Numbered from the stretch's first letter, positions 1 through 12,809 are shown. The stretch is DNA of 64,000 nt from Eledone cirrhosa (GCA_964016885.1 OZ024761.1:19468001-19532000); one strand, 5' to 3'. Program-made: numbers and translations. Notes: generated by a model from the letters alone, not told the origin.

Positions 1-950
1 TGTCAACAAGACACGAAAGTGAACTGGGCCCAGATGTCAACTAGGTATCATTGTAAACTAGTCATCTTCCTCATCATCATAGTTTTGACAGAAGTATTTG
101 AGAATCAAATGTAGCATATATTCTGCTTCCTGCATTTCGTCCTACTTTGGTTCATAAATACACCACTACTATATATATACATATAACTGTTTCTACTTTT
201 GGCACAAGGCCAGCAATTATCCCAGTGCATTACGGGTGCTTCATTTTATCGACCCTGTAAGGATGAAAGGCAAAGTTAACCCTGGCAGGATTTGAACTTA
301 GACTGTAAAGGGCCGTAATTCTATGCTGCAAAGCATGTCATCCAATCTTCTACTGATACTACCAATCCACCACATATTATTCAAATCCTGCCATGGTTAA
401 CTTTGCCTTTCATCTTTACGGGGTCAATAAAATAAAGTACCAGTAATACACTGGAATAATTCCTGGCCTTGTGCTAAATGTAGAAACAATTATATATGCA
501 TATAAAAATCATCACCACCGTTTTACGTCCATTCTTCCACGCTAGCATGGGTTAGACGGGTTGCCCAGTTGTGGGCAATACCAGGTCAGGTGACTATGTC
601 TTGTTGATACAGGAACTGATTCTGGCTTGATTTCTACAGCTGGATGCCCTTCCTAACACCAACCTCATTTACAGTGAGTGCTGGTTGCTTTTTTAACGTG
701 GCGCCTACACGACAAACACACACACATATATTGGGCCATCAAGTATGAAATTTGTAGAAAAAAACAAATTTCATACTTGACAACCCTATATATATATATA
801 TTATATATATATATATATATGTATTATATATATATATATAAAGTGAGCATCTTGGTCAGCCTATGAACTTCTCAGTCGACCCTCATATACAAGGAAGACC
901 AAAAATTAAACGATGATGAGGATGATAAACAGAGAGAGATGTATACATAC

Positions 951-1041
951 CTCTTTAGCAGCAGAATAACAAATCCCTGAGAAGGCATAACGGTCCATGA
1001 TAATTGTGGTACCTTCATTGAGCATTTCTTGGATTTGACTC
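951..1041 (-). CDS. DTYMK: Thymidylate kinase, coding exon 3 (gene continues beyond left edge)
   Basis: tttccAG acceptor, GTATGT donor, 91 nt, phase 2->0. Reads (M)[30 protein letters not shown], containing the dTMP kinase DRY motif. Confidence 0.95.
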
Positions 1042-1549
1042 CTGGAAATAACAGAATAAGAAACATCCTTTCAATCTAATGACACACACAGATACAGATA
1101 CGATGTAATGACACGCTCATATGCACATACAATGTAATGACATACACACATACCTCCACATCTACACAATGTAATGGCACACACCTACCCACATACAGAG
1201 ACAGACATGTCACTACCAGCACAGTCTCCTCTCCTGTCTTCGCACCTCTGTGCCTCATCATTCAGACCAACTCATATTACATGCTCAGCAGAGCAAGCTC
1301 GCCTAATGTTACCCCCACCCGAAACCTTCACACATCTTTGACATTCATTTACCATCTCACCTATACATTAGAGGTTCTTTGGTAACAAAGATGGAAGACA
1401 GCAACAACAACAAGCATTTTATATCCATTTCAACCCCACATAAAACAGGGGTTAACTCTGCAAGCCCCACCACAGGCATCATAGCAATAATGGGGTCCTT
1501 TTTGAGAAATATTTTACATTGCACCAAGTCTTTTAGTCCCTTTTGCAAC

Positions 1550-1970
1550 ATACAGGGATACAGTGTACCTATTCTAAAACAGATATACACAGGGATACAG
1601 TGTTCCTATTGTAAACCTGATATAAAGGGATAGAGTGTAGATAATCTAAACCTGATATACACTAAGGGATACAGTGTACCTATTCTAAACTTGAGACAAC
1701 CGGGATAGTATATCTATTCCAAACCAGATACACACAGGGATACAGTGTACCTATCGTAAACCTGATATACAGGGAATAGTGTACCTCTTTCTAAATTAGA
1801 TACACACAGGGATACGGTGTACCTATTCTAAATCTGAGACACACAGGGATACAGTGTACCTATTGTAAACCAGATACACAGGGATAGTGTACCTACTGTA
1901 AACTAGATATACACAGGCATACAGTGTACCTATTGTAAACTAGATAGACACAGGGATACAGTGTACCTAG
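1550..1970. repeat. ~41-43 bp minisatellite (cacagggatacagtgtacctattgtaaaccagata-like) in DTYMK intron 2
   Basis: About 10 visibly repeated, diverged units. Confidence 0.85.
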
Positions 1971-2036
1971 GCATACAATGTAAACCAAATACATGCAGAA
2001 TTTAGAAAGAGAGATGACAGAATTGTTGGTACTTAC

Positions 2037-2145
2037 ATGGTCTCCCATCTGTTGGCTGAGAATAAAAGGTGGATAGCTTTGTCAGGTAACTCAATTTCTT
2101 TCTTCAAATACTTGTCAATAACTGACCCAATGGCTGTATTGCGGT
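2037..2145 (-). CDS. DTYMK: Thymidylate kinase, coding exon 2
   Basis: ttcAG acceptor, GTAAGT donor, 109 nt, phase 1->2. Reads (N)[35 protein letters not shown], with the conserved [10 protein letters not shown] motif. Confidence 0.95.
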
Positions 2146-2846
2146 CTGAAGTAGAAGGAAAGAAAGAAGAATTTCAAAGATTTTTCACAGATTTATATAC
2201 AATATTTCACAGCCGAACACCTTTCTTGACCCTAACCATATTAAGCCTCTCTTACAAGCTGGGATACACAGTAGTTTCATTTTATAAACATTTATGTTCT
2301 AGATGTAAAGAATGACCCCCCCCCCCCCGCCAATCTCCCATTACCATACTACATAGCGAGACACCTGTATGTTTACTGTACATAAACATGCTATATGATG
2401 TCTTCATATATCTCCCCCACCCCACATTATGAACTTGGCTGTGTTAATGCGACTGCTAACTATACCATACTATATGTATATTGGTTTCACTGGGCATAAG
2501 ATCTATTATTCATAAACCTTATGTTTGGAGGTCCACACCTGGTGTGGGTGAGATACTAAGAGCCAGTCAAATCTTTTTTTTTTTTTCATTTTTCGTCCGC
2601 TTTTCCCTGTTTGCAAGGGTGGGACGGGAACTGATTCTGGCTTGATTTCTACAGTTGGATGCCCTTCCTAACACCAACTTCATTTACAGTGCTGGGTGCT
2701 TTTTTGCCGTGGCACCTCCACGACCATTTTACAGTGGAATGATAGGAACCCCAGTCCCTATCATCTCATTTCTACAGCTGAGTAAACTGGAGCAATGTGA
2801 AATAAAGTGTCTTGCTCAAGGAAACATCACCCTGTCTGAGAATTGG

Positions 2847-2899
<53 letters not shown>

Positions 2900-3111
2900 T
2901 AGAAACCAAGCGAAAACCAGTTCTGTATGTGCAAGGCATGGTCACCTAATCTGCTAACTTCGAAAAATGGACGTTAAACAGAATTTTACATCAAAGATGG
3001 ACGAGTTGCGTTACGCTGAGAGCTTTTCCTATTATTGTATCATGGTTAAATATACGTAATGTCCAGTTCTATCCAGTGGTGAACCTCCAATTTCAGCGTG
3101 TATATATATAT

Positions 3112-3275
3112 ATATTCGTAAAGTTTGAGTATTCTCAGCGCGGAAGGTAACCCCAAAAACTTTACTACGCAAATAGTACACAGATGGTAACAGCTCCCTT
3201 CCGCGCTGAGAATACTAAAATTTTACGAATATTCGTATACACTCATCGCTTCAAACCTTTCCAATTAATGTTTTA
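3112..3275. mobile_element. Fold-back insertion in (TA)n, 36-bp inverted arms
   Basis: 3112-3147 is the reverse complement of 3197-3232 with 2 mismatches. Confidence 0.7.
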
Positions 3276-3521
3276 TATACATGAGAAAGAGAGAGAGAGA
3301 GAGTGAGCGAGTCTGCGGATCTGAGATCTGGGAGACCTCAATGCCCCGCAGTCGGGATCTTACCTATCTCTATATCTCTTTCTCTCTCTCTATATATATA
3401 TAATATATACATACTGAAAGTGTACGAGCTCGTGGTATGGGTTAATACGGCCCTTATATAGTTGGAGCTAAATAACCACAACAAAGTTAACAGACAACAA
3501 CATGAAACATTGATGGCTTAC

Positions 3522-3669
3522 TTGGAAACTTGTACACCACAGCATTTCGACCAACTCGTTCTAGGGCAACCTTCAAGTTTTTACATTGGGTTGATTTGCC
3601 TGAACGGTCTATACCTTCAAACACAAACAGCTGACCACGGTGAAGTTCGGGTGGATTAAACGACATCAT
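3522..3669 (-). CDS. DTYMK: Thymidylate kinase, coding exon 1
   Basis: ATG at 3669. Reads MMSFNPPELHRGQLFVFEGIDRSGKSTQCKNLKVALERVGRNAVVYKFP with P-loop EGIDRSGKST. GTAAG donor at 3521, phase 1, splices in frame to exon 2. Confidence 0.95.
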
Positions 3670-3733
3670 TAATATTTATATATGTATATCTACACAAAAG
3701 GAAAAGGCGTTCTTCGAAACTGCCTCCTCGACT

Positions 3734-3793
3734 TTCAAAAATATTTGGCGCTGATTTGTTTTCCCCCTTTTTCTGTGACTATTCACTTCCGGT
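3734..3793 (-). promoter_or_regulatory. DTYMK proximal promoter motifs: CHR-like TTTGAA, E2F site TTTGGCGC, ETS site ACCGGAAGT
   Basis: TTCAAA 3734-3739, TTTGGCGC 3744-3751 and ACTTCCGGT 3785-3793, all 65-125 bp upstream of the ATG in non-repetitive sequence. Confidence 0.6.
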
Positions 3794-4038
3794 TTGTTCC
3801 ACGAATTAATTAACTGATGGTCTTGTCACAAACTAAAATAAAATATTTAGAAAATATATTTATTCTTTATAAAAATACTATAGAGTTAATTTTAATGTTT
3901 TCTTAAAACGAAGAAAAATATTTAATATATATATATATATTACTTCATAAAGGAAATTTGTTAGGAACGCAGCGAGCGAAGTTTGGAATTTTTTAAAAAT
4001 ATTTAACAAATTTTATTACTGCCCCAGCTGTAATATTT

Positions 4039-4272
4039 CAAGAAAGAATTGCTGGACATATTTTAGGGGCAAAATCAACCGGCAGCAGGAGGCCCAGGGG
4101 TAGATCCCGAGCAAGATGGTTCGATAATATTCATGAGCTTGGCTAGTCACGTTTGGGTATCCAGCCTGATCAGTTGGAGACGGTTGCTTCTGACAGGGCC
4201 CGCTGGAAGGAGTGTTTGAGGACTCTGCTCTCCACACGACCCTCTCATCAATAACTGGGCAAGAAGAAACAG
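4039..4272 (+). mobile_element. RTE-clade LINE 3' fragment (Rex3/Expander-like ORF C-terminus), decayed
   Basis: Translates to ...GSRRPRGRSRARWFDNIHELG*SRLGIQPDQLETVASDRARWKECLRTLLSTRP, matching the RxRGRPRxRW...W C-terminus of RTE ORFs; one internal stop. Confidence 0.75.
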
Positions 4273-4659
4273 AATTTTCGGGGACTGCTAGTTCCAGGGT
4301 GCTCCTTAGCTAATCTTCCGAACAAACTGCTATGCTGCAAAATACTTTTTATCCCGTACTTTTCACGCTCTCCACCGGCGTTAGGGTTGGGCTTGGGCGT
4401 AGAAATATGTGGGTGGGTTAATAAAACTCCGGGAGAAGACATATTACCTGGTTGCCCAACTCTTCTGAGAGTTCCTCTTCACTAAATCTTCAGTCAAATC
4501 ATTTCAGATTTATTGAAAACAAGGAGTTGCTTCCCCTGTTTATTCATTTCTCTAAACTCTTATCATTACAGTAACGCAGTGGGGTTGTTTAATCAACTTT
4601 CCCTCCTCCCCAAAATTGCTGGCCTTGTGCCTATAATAGAAATCATTAACTGCAATAGG

Positions 4660-4880
4660 GCGGTGGATTGGTAGTATCGGTAGAGAATCGGACGCCATGC
4701 TTTGCAGCATAGAGTTACGCTCCTTTACAGTCTGAGTTCAAATCCCGCCGAGGTTAACTTTGCCTTTCATCCTCACGGGGTGGATAAAATAAAGCACCAG
4801 TAATGCATTGGGGTCGATTTAATCGACTTTCCCCTTAAAAATTTGCTGGTCTTGTGCCTAAAGTAGAAACAATTATTAAC
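4660..4880 (+). mobile_element. tRNA-derived SINE family 1 (representative). Further copies near 187-372-, 6626-6812-, 14716-15295-, 21541-21730+, 26394-26575+, 29778-29932+, 30921-31100-, 31755-31975+, 43817-44125-
   Basis: A-box TGG(T/C)AGTATCGGTAG, B-box GAGTTCAAATCC, shared core GTTAACTTTGCCTTTCATCC..GATAAAATAAAGTACCAG, and an A/T simple-repeat tail; many dispersed copies. Confidence 0.85.
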
Positions 4881-5398
4881 TGCTTTGTTTCTTTCCAGGA
4901 ACTGTTGAAAATTAAACCTCATTTGGTCAATCCATGAGAGCATCTTATTCAACCAATTAATTTTTCAGCTGACCCTCGTATGTATGTATACACACACACG
5001 AGGGTGGGCTGAAAAGTTCATAGACTGACTATGAATGAGTGATGCATGGCTGTGAAATTAATTTCAACTTTTCTTATTAATAAATGCATTGTTTATTTCC
5101 AGGGACTATGTTGACAAATAAACCTCATTTGCTCATTCCATGAGAGTATCTTGGTCAGCCTATGATGACCTTTTCAGCTGACCCTCATATGTATGTGTGT
5201 ATGTACGCACACACGAGGGTGGGCTGAACAGTTCTTAGGTTGATTATGAAGGAGTGAGGCTCGAGCTGTGAAATCTTGCATGCATTAATTTCAACTTTTC
5301 TTATTAATAAATGCATTGTTAATTTCCAGGGACTATGTTGAAAAATAGACCTCATTTGGTCATTCCATGAGAGTATATTGGTCAGCCAACCCTCATAA
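4877..5398. mobile_element. Three adjacent ~190-bp mariner-like MITEs (first partial); other copies at 34729-34925 and 845-890
   Basis: Ends CGAGGGTGGGCTGAAAAGTTCATAG ... CTTTTCAGCTGACCCTC(G/A)TA are inverted repeats of the mariner-type TACGAGGG form. Confidence 0.7.
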
Positions 5399-5589
5399 CT
5401 ACAAAAGACACAAGAAATAATACACTAAGATCGCTACCCACGCCCCATACGAACCCTGACAGTGTAGGAGAGTGCCCTGTGCTGTACCAACATGTACCAG
5501 TATATTCCTCTAATTTAGCAGACCTGTTTGTTGCCAAGCAGTTAGATTATTGGGTTGTCGTTCCATCAATTGCCTTTCTTCCATTCAAG

Positions 5590-6400
5590 GTCGCTAAAGA
5601 AAAGTACCAGTCTAGTACTGGGGTGGATTCTTCCTCTATATCTCTTTCTCACTCTACTTTGCTGAGGTCAACCTTGCTTTTCATCCCTCGGTGGTGGATA
5701 TAAAAAGTACCAGTCTAATACTGGGGTGGATTTTTCCTCTATATATATTTCTCACTCTACTTTGCTGAGGTCAACCTTGCTTTTCATCCCTCGGTGGTGG
5801 ATATAAAAAGAACCAGTCTAATACTGGGGAGGATTTTTCCTCTATATCTCTTTCTCACTTCCTCTCTCTCACTCTACTTTGTTGAGGTCAACCTTGCTTT
5901 TCATCCCCTCGGTGGTGGATATAAAAAGTACCAGTCTAATTCTGGGGAAGATTTTTCCTCTATATCTCTTTCTCACTCTACTTTGCTGAGGTCAACCTTG
6001 CTTTTCATCCCTCGGTGGTGGATATAAAAAGTACCAGTCTAATACTGGGGAAGGTTTTTTCCTCTATATCTCTCTCTCACTCTACTTTGCTGAGGTCAAC
6101 CTTGCTTTTCATCCCTCGGTGGTGGATATAAAAAGTACCAGTCTAATACTGGGGAAGGTTTTTTCCTCTATATCTCTCTCTCACTCTACTTTGCTGAGGT
6201 CAACCTTGCTTTTCATCCCTCGGTGGTGGATATAAAAAGTACCAGTCTAATACTGGGGGAGGATTTATCCTCTATATATATTTCTCACTTCCTCTCTCTC
6301 ACTCTACTTTGCTGAGGTCAACCTTGCTTTTCATCCCTCGGTGGTGGATATAAAAAGTACCAGTCTAATACTGGGGTGGATTCTTCCTCTATATCTATTT
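5590..6400. repeat. ~96-111 bp tandem array built from the SINE family 1 core, about 8 units
   Basis: Unit ctctactttgctgaggtcaaccttgcttttcatccctcggtggtggatataaaaagtaccagtctaatactgggg resembles the SINE core. Confidence 0.85.
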
Positions 6401-7017
6401 CTCACTCTCTCTATCCTTCTCTGCAAGAAATCTGCTGTATTCACCTCTATATTACTTTCTCACTTCCACTCGCTCACTCTCAGTCACTTCTTCTATGGAA
6501 GAAATCTGCTGTATTGAAACCTGGAGAGGAGATGGACTCTGCTAGGTTTATAAATGCCAAATGTCAAAACGATGACCCCACAACTCCACCAGGAGTTACA
6601 GGACCATACAGACCTGCAAATATAATTGTTCCTATTTTGGGCACAAGGCCAGCAATTCTCACAATGCATTACTGGTACTTTATTTTATCAACCCTGTTAG
6701 GATGAAAGACAAAGTTAACCTCGGCACGATTTGAACTCAGACCATAAAGGGCCGTAACTCTGTGCTGCAAAGAATCGCGTCCGACCCTCTACCGATACTG
6801 CCAATCCACCAACCTCGTACATATAAAATATAATACCAGCCAAGTACTGTGGTTGATTCTTTCTCTCTCTCTCTATCCTTCTTTAGAAGAAATCTGTTGT
6901 ATTCAGACCTACTGAGGACATGGGCTCCACTACGTTTTAACAAAAATGCTCTAGAAATGCTGTATGTTACCATGGCACCCCTACAACTCCCTCAAGAGTT
7001 ATGGGACCATATGTATG

Positions 7018-7057
<40 letters not shown>

Positions 7058-7586
7058 ATGCAGTGAAACCAACTTTTTCTTTGTGTGCTGCTCTTCACTT
7101 GTTCAATAGAGACATTGAACAACTTCGCAAGCTGCCTCATTGTCCTGGTGGACATATATATCATCATCATCATCATCATCGTTTAATTTCCCCTTGCTGA
7201 CAGAGTTGAACAGGTTTTAAAAGACCAAGTCAGCACTGATGTAGGGTTATTGACCTTGCAGACATACTGGGGGGGGGAGTTCACATCTCACTTATGTACA
7301 GTCCTACATTTTATCCGGTGCATTTTATTGTGTCACCAGCTCTCGAGAAGTTATGTCTTTGACACAACTGAAGGATTCTCCTGACCTTTTCTTTAGTAGT
7401 TTAACAGCTTGGTTTATGGCTTAAAAGGGATTTAGTGGTAGTCTGATGTAACACAATTAGAGAGAGAGAGAGAGAGAGAGTGTGGTAGAAAGAGAGGGGG
7501 TAAGAGAGAGAGAGGTAGAGAGTATATAGAGAGAATGGCTAGAGAGGAGTAGAATCAGTGAATAAACAAGACAAGAATGTGTGTGA

Positions 7587-7671
<85 letters not shown>

Positions 7672-8120
7672 CTCACAGAATACAATCATTTATTTTTAGT
7701 GCAAAGTTTTGAAAATACAGAAACACCAGAGAAGGTTGTTGTCTGAAAAACTGGAGTTCTAGAGAAGCAACAGAATGCATAGATACATATATGTATATAT
7801 ATAATATAAATACATATATATGCACATACATACACACACCTGTGTGTATGGATACATACACATACATGTATGTATACATATAATATAAATACATATATAG
7901 AGATTTATTCACATACATATATGTATACATATAAAAACATATATATATAGATTCACATACATATGTACACATATAATATAAATAAATATATATATGCACA
8001 TATACACACACGTGTATATATCTATATATAGATACATACATGTACATATATGTATATATATATATACATTCACATACATGTATACATATAATATAAATAT
8101 ATATACACACATACACATGA

Positions 8121-8161
<41 letters not shown>

Positions 8162-8214
8162 CACATACATACATACCCATATATATATATATATGTATAC
8201 ACATATAAATACAT

Positions 8215-8683
8215 ATTTCGTTTCTGAATTTGTTTAGCAAGATTCTTTATCTGAAAACGTGTGTTGAAACCGATATTGTTATACTTTGGGAGGGTCATGT
8301 TGCCAATAAGAAACACATGCACCAGTTGGTTTCACTTCAATTTATTATAAATTAAATTTATAAATTTCCGGTTGGTTGGTTGGTTGGTTGGTTCCACACA
8401 CAGACACCCGAATGTGGCGCATGTGCAAACTAAGCACACAACACACAAAAACAAGATGGCGTAGGACAGAACTAAGGAGAGGCACAGAGACAGAGGGGAG
8501 TCCCCAGTCACTGGGGAGGTCGCGGAGTGTGTAATGAGGGAACTTTGACGGTGTATGAACAATCGTCTGGAACCAACCAACCAAACAGAAATTTATAAAT
8601 TTAATTTATAATAAATTGAAGTGAAAGCAACTGGTGCGTGTGTTTCTTATTGGCAACATGACCCTCCCAAAGTATAACAATAT
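8215..8683. mobile_element. Fold-back insertion in TA-rich tract, ~120-bp inverted arms around a 170-bp spacer
   Basis: 8273-8396 is inverted at 8568-8683 with few mismatches; an extra ~55 bp tail is present on the left only. Confidence 0.75.
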
Positions 8684-9289
8684 AAATACATATATACACA
8701 TAAAATGCTTTTTTTGTTCCACACACATCCTACATTCATACACACACCCAACATGCAGACATAACTTCCTATATATACACACATAAAAGCGTATATACAG
8801 GCAGGAATGTATATTTATATATATATTTTTTTGTCTAAATATTCACACTATTTTAAAATTGAATTTATTTTTTATTATGATATCACTGTGAGTTTGCTGA
8901 AGACTGTGTCTTTGGATTCGCTAGTAGAACATTCCTAGCAAGAATGTCAGTAAAATTTGCATCCAAGTGTTTCCTTTGAATATATATAGTTTAGGGCCTC
9001 ATGGGGGCCAAAGCTGAGGGAGGGGGTTGTGGGTAAGGTTGGGGGAGGTCTGCCAAAATGTGTAGAAACTGTTGAGTGAGAGGAGTCAACGGTGTCAGGT
9101 AACATGTATACACACACATATATACATATACGTATATATACATACACGCACATATATAAATATATATGTATATGATGAATATTATACATACATGTGGGCA
9201 TTATTGTATAAGCAGTGGGGGTGTACAACACTTATGACATATATATAGACACACACATACATTGATGATAACAGACAACCACACACACA

Positions 9290-9799
9290 CATATATATAT
9301 AATATATATATATATATAATATATAATATATATAATATATATAATATATATAATATATATAATATATATAATATATATATATAATATATATATATAATAT
9401 ATATATATAATATATAATATATATATAATATATAATATATATATATATATAATATATATATATAATATATATATAATATATATATATATATAATATATAA
9501 TATATAATATATATATATAATATATATATATAATATATAATATATATATATAATATATATATATATAATATATATATATAATATATAATATATATATATA
9601 TATATATAATATATATAATATATATATATATAATATATATATAATATATATAAATATATATATATATATAATATATATATATAATATATATAAATATATA
9701 TAAATATATATAATATATATATAATATATATATATAATATATATAAATATATATAAATATATATAATATATATATAATATATATATATAATATATATAA

Positions 9800-9846
<47 letters not shown>

Positions 9847-9933
9847 TATATATATATAAATATATATATATATAAATATATATATATATAAATATATATA
9901 TATATAAATATATATATATATAATATATATAAT

Positions 9934-9965
<32 letters not shown>

Positions 9966-9982
9966 AATATAATATATATATA

Positions 9983-10016
<34 letters not shown>

Positions 10017-10230
10017 AATATATATATATATAAATATATATATATAAATATATATATATAAATATATATATATAAATAAATATATATAAATATATATATA
10101 TAAATAAATATATATATATAAATATATATATATATAAATATATATATATAAATATATATATATATAAATATATATATATATAAATATATATATAATATAA
10201 TATATATACGTAATATATAATATATATATA
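9290..10230. repeat. ~940-bp (TA)n/(TAA) microsatellite
   Basis: Almost pure A/T alternation; source of the spurious 347-353 aa Ile/Tyr ORFs. Confidence 0.97.
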
Positions 10231-10523
10231 ATTGTTTCTACTTTTTGGCACAAGGCCAGCAATTACCCAGTGCATTACTGGTATTTTATTTTATCAACCC
10301 CGTAAGGATATATTATATATATAATATATATAATATATAAAATATATATATATATATATATATAAGTAAATATGTTTTTGAAACAGTGAGCAATTTTGAA
10401 ATTAGAAATATCAGCTTTCGCCGTATTTTTGACTAAAGAAATTTTAGCCTGATAGTGGGGTTTAGAACCCTCTAAGAAATGGAAAAGGGTTATTATTGAT
10501 GTACATATATCTATCATAATTAT

Positions 10524-10781
10524 CATCATTTTACATCCGCTTTTCCCTGCTTGCAAGGGTTGGACGGGTCCTATTCAGCACAGCATCTCTCCACTTGTCA
10601 CGGTCCTTTGTCATCTCCTCCGTGAGTTTCAACGATCTAAGGTCTTCTCTCACCACCTCGGCCCATGTTTTTCATGGTCGACCTCTACTGTGTCTTCCTT
10701 CTACTGGGATTTCTTGGCACTTCTTCACCCGGCGGTCATCCTCCATGCACATCACATGTCCATACCATCTCAGCCTTCTCT
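10524..10781 (-). mobile_element. RTE-clade LINE 3' end, decayed
   Basis: Minus strand reads RRLRWYGHVMCMEDDRRVKKCQEIPVEGRHSRGRP*KTWAEVVREDL..., followed by a short 3' end and (ATG)n tail. Confidence 0.85.
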
Positions 10782-11495
10782 TTAATTACATTAATATACA
10801 TATATAAACATATATATATACATACACACACACATGTATGTATATGGAAGCTGCTTATTATAATCACAGATAATGTTATCAAAATTACTGGGTCCCAAAC
10901 ACACTCATAATATTGTTGTATCCTCTGCTTAATGTTATCAACTGGTTATTGTTATCTAAATGGCCTCATTTTAAAAGATGATCAAAATGTGTGTTGTCCA
11001 CTGTGTGTGTGTATATATATGTGTGTGTGTATGCATATATGTGTGTGTACAAATATGTATACATGTATGTGTGTGTATATATACGTGGGTATACATTTGT
11101 GTGCATGTATACGTATATGTATTCATGTATGCATGTGTGTGTGTGTATATATATACATATATGTGTGTGTATATATACATGTGTGGGTGTGTATGTATAA
11201 ATGTGTATATATACATGTGTGTATATATACAAGCTCGGGTATATACCAGAACTTGGCTGAACAAAACATGTACAGACAGGAATTGGTGACAATAGGAGAT
11301 TGATAAACAATCAATATTGTACCAATAATCAATCATATTTTAACATTTTCAATACCAACACATGACTGTCTGTAGTCTAGCACACAGAACCGCTTATCTA
11401 AGCTTATATTTATCTAAAAAAAAAAACATTATTAAGTTATGTTCCAAACACCAACATAACTGGAAGCTACCTCTGGTTCTACAGTACAAAATTGC

Positions 11496-11816
11496 TTTAC
11501 CTTTTTAGCATTTAAACCGGCTGTATCCGACCAGAATTCAAGTCAAACCAGCTGTATACGGCCAAAGTTTGAGTCAAACTGGCTGTATCCGGCCAGAATT
11601 TTAATCAAACCAGCTATATCCGGCCAGAATTTTAGTTAACTGGCTGTATCCGGCCAGAATTTGGGTCAAACTGGCTGTAAGTAGCCACTCATACTAATAT
11701 TGAAGTATTTTTTCTCAAAATAAATAATATCAAAATCTCATAGATTTGATATTATGCGATATTTACTGGGAAAATACAATAATAAATATAGAGTAATGTA
11801 AATGCTAAAGGATTAA
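11496..11816. mobile_element. piggyBac-like MITE, diverged copy with internal ~31-bp tandem repeats
   Basis: Degenerate versions of the TTAACCCTTTAGCATTTA terminal repeat; opposite orientation to the copies at 40-58 kb. Confidence 0.6.
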
Positions 11817-12809
11817 AGTGTTTATCTTTATACCTAAAAACACAGAAAAAGAGAACAGCATTGAAAAGGACTATAAATGCCTTAAATGAGAGGAAAAGGA
11901 AGAAAGGGGCAGTATTCTGGCCGCACCCCACAGACAATGGCCAGAGGCATATGCTGCAATAGCCGCCCCACTTTGCAGGGCTCCTTCCTCCCTCAGATGA
12001 GTTGCTATTAATCTATCGTAATTTTATGTTTCAAACACCAGCTCAATGAGAAAATAAGCTATATTACTAAATCCCTTGAAATTCTTGATTATTTTCAAGA
12101 AATATGGTAAAGAAAGGGTTAGTGTTTATATTTATCTAGAAACCTTCCATCATAATTTTATGTCAAAACCTTTGTTAAGTTATGTTCCAAACACCAGTTG
12201 AATATTGAGAAATTCTGGATTATTTTCCAAACTATTTGAAATGCAAACAGTGTCTTTCATTAGAAATGTGGTAATGAAAGGGTTAAATAAAGAGCATGTG
12301 TCAGTCGACTTGTTAGAAATAGCAGCCAAATCTAGAAATATGGTAACAAAAGGGATAAATAAGAAGTGTGAGTGTTCTATATTGGTTAGTCGACTTGCTA
12401 GAAATAGCAGCACAATCTCCATCAAATCATTTTTCTTGTCTTAAATACGAAATGGTCACTTTAGATATTGTAGTCCAACATAACCCTAAAAATACATGAG
12501 TTTGGTGGCTGTGGTCATGGTGGTCAAATGTGGAATGTCTTTGGTCATAGGTCTATGTGATCATAACAGACACTAACAACAGGTAAAACAGAAAAAAAGA
12601 TAGTGTGGACGGTTGTGTAGTGGTTGAGTATTCCTAACTATGTACATGTGTGGGTGTATGTATGCATTTATATCTTTGTGTGTGTCTGTGTGTAATTTTT
12701 TAAAGATCACCCCCCACCCCCCCTCCCACACCACCACTACCAACAAACTGGTTATGGGCTACACCCTTCTTCGTGGAGACACACTGGTAAGTAAAAAAAT
12801 TAGTGGGAC

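Noticed and set aside
1-950. DTYMK exon 4
   Set aside because: No PDxGLPxPD-like coding segment found; remaining exons presumably lie beyond the left edge.
1357-1590. 77-aa minus-strand ORF ending at a GTGAG donor within DTYMK intron 2
   Set aside because: No convincing acceptor and no kinase similarity; exons 2 and 3 already join in frame.
9201-10275. 347-353 aa ORFs, and similar ORFs at 19.9-20.7 kb, 45.6-46.5 kb and 58.5-60.6 kb
   Set aside because: Translations of microsatellites; only the 46383-46537 portion is a real exon.
12700-12793. Plus-strand CTG/GTAAGT donor suggesting a divergent gene
   Set aside because: No supporting exon chain or recognisable protein.
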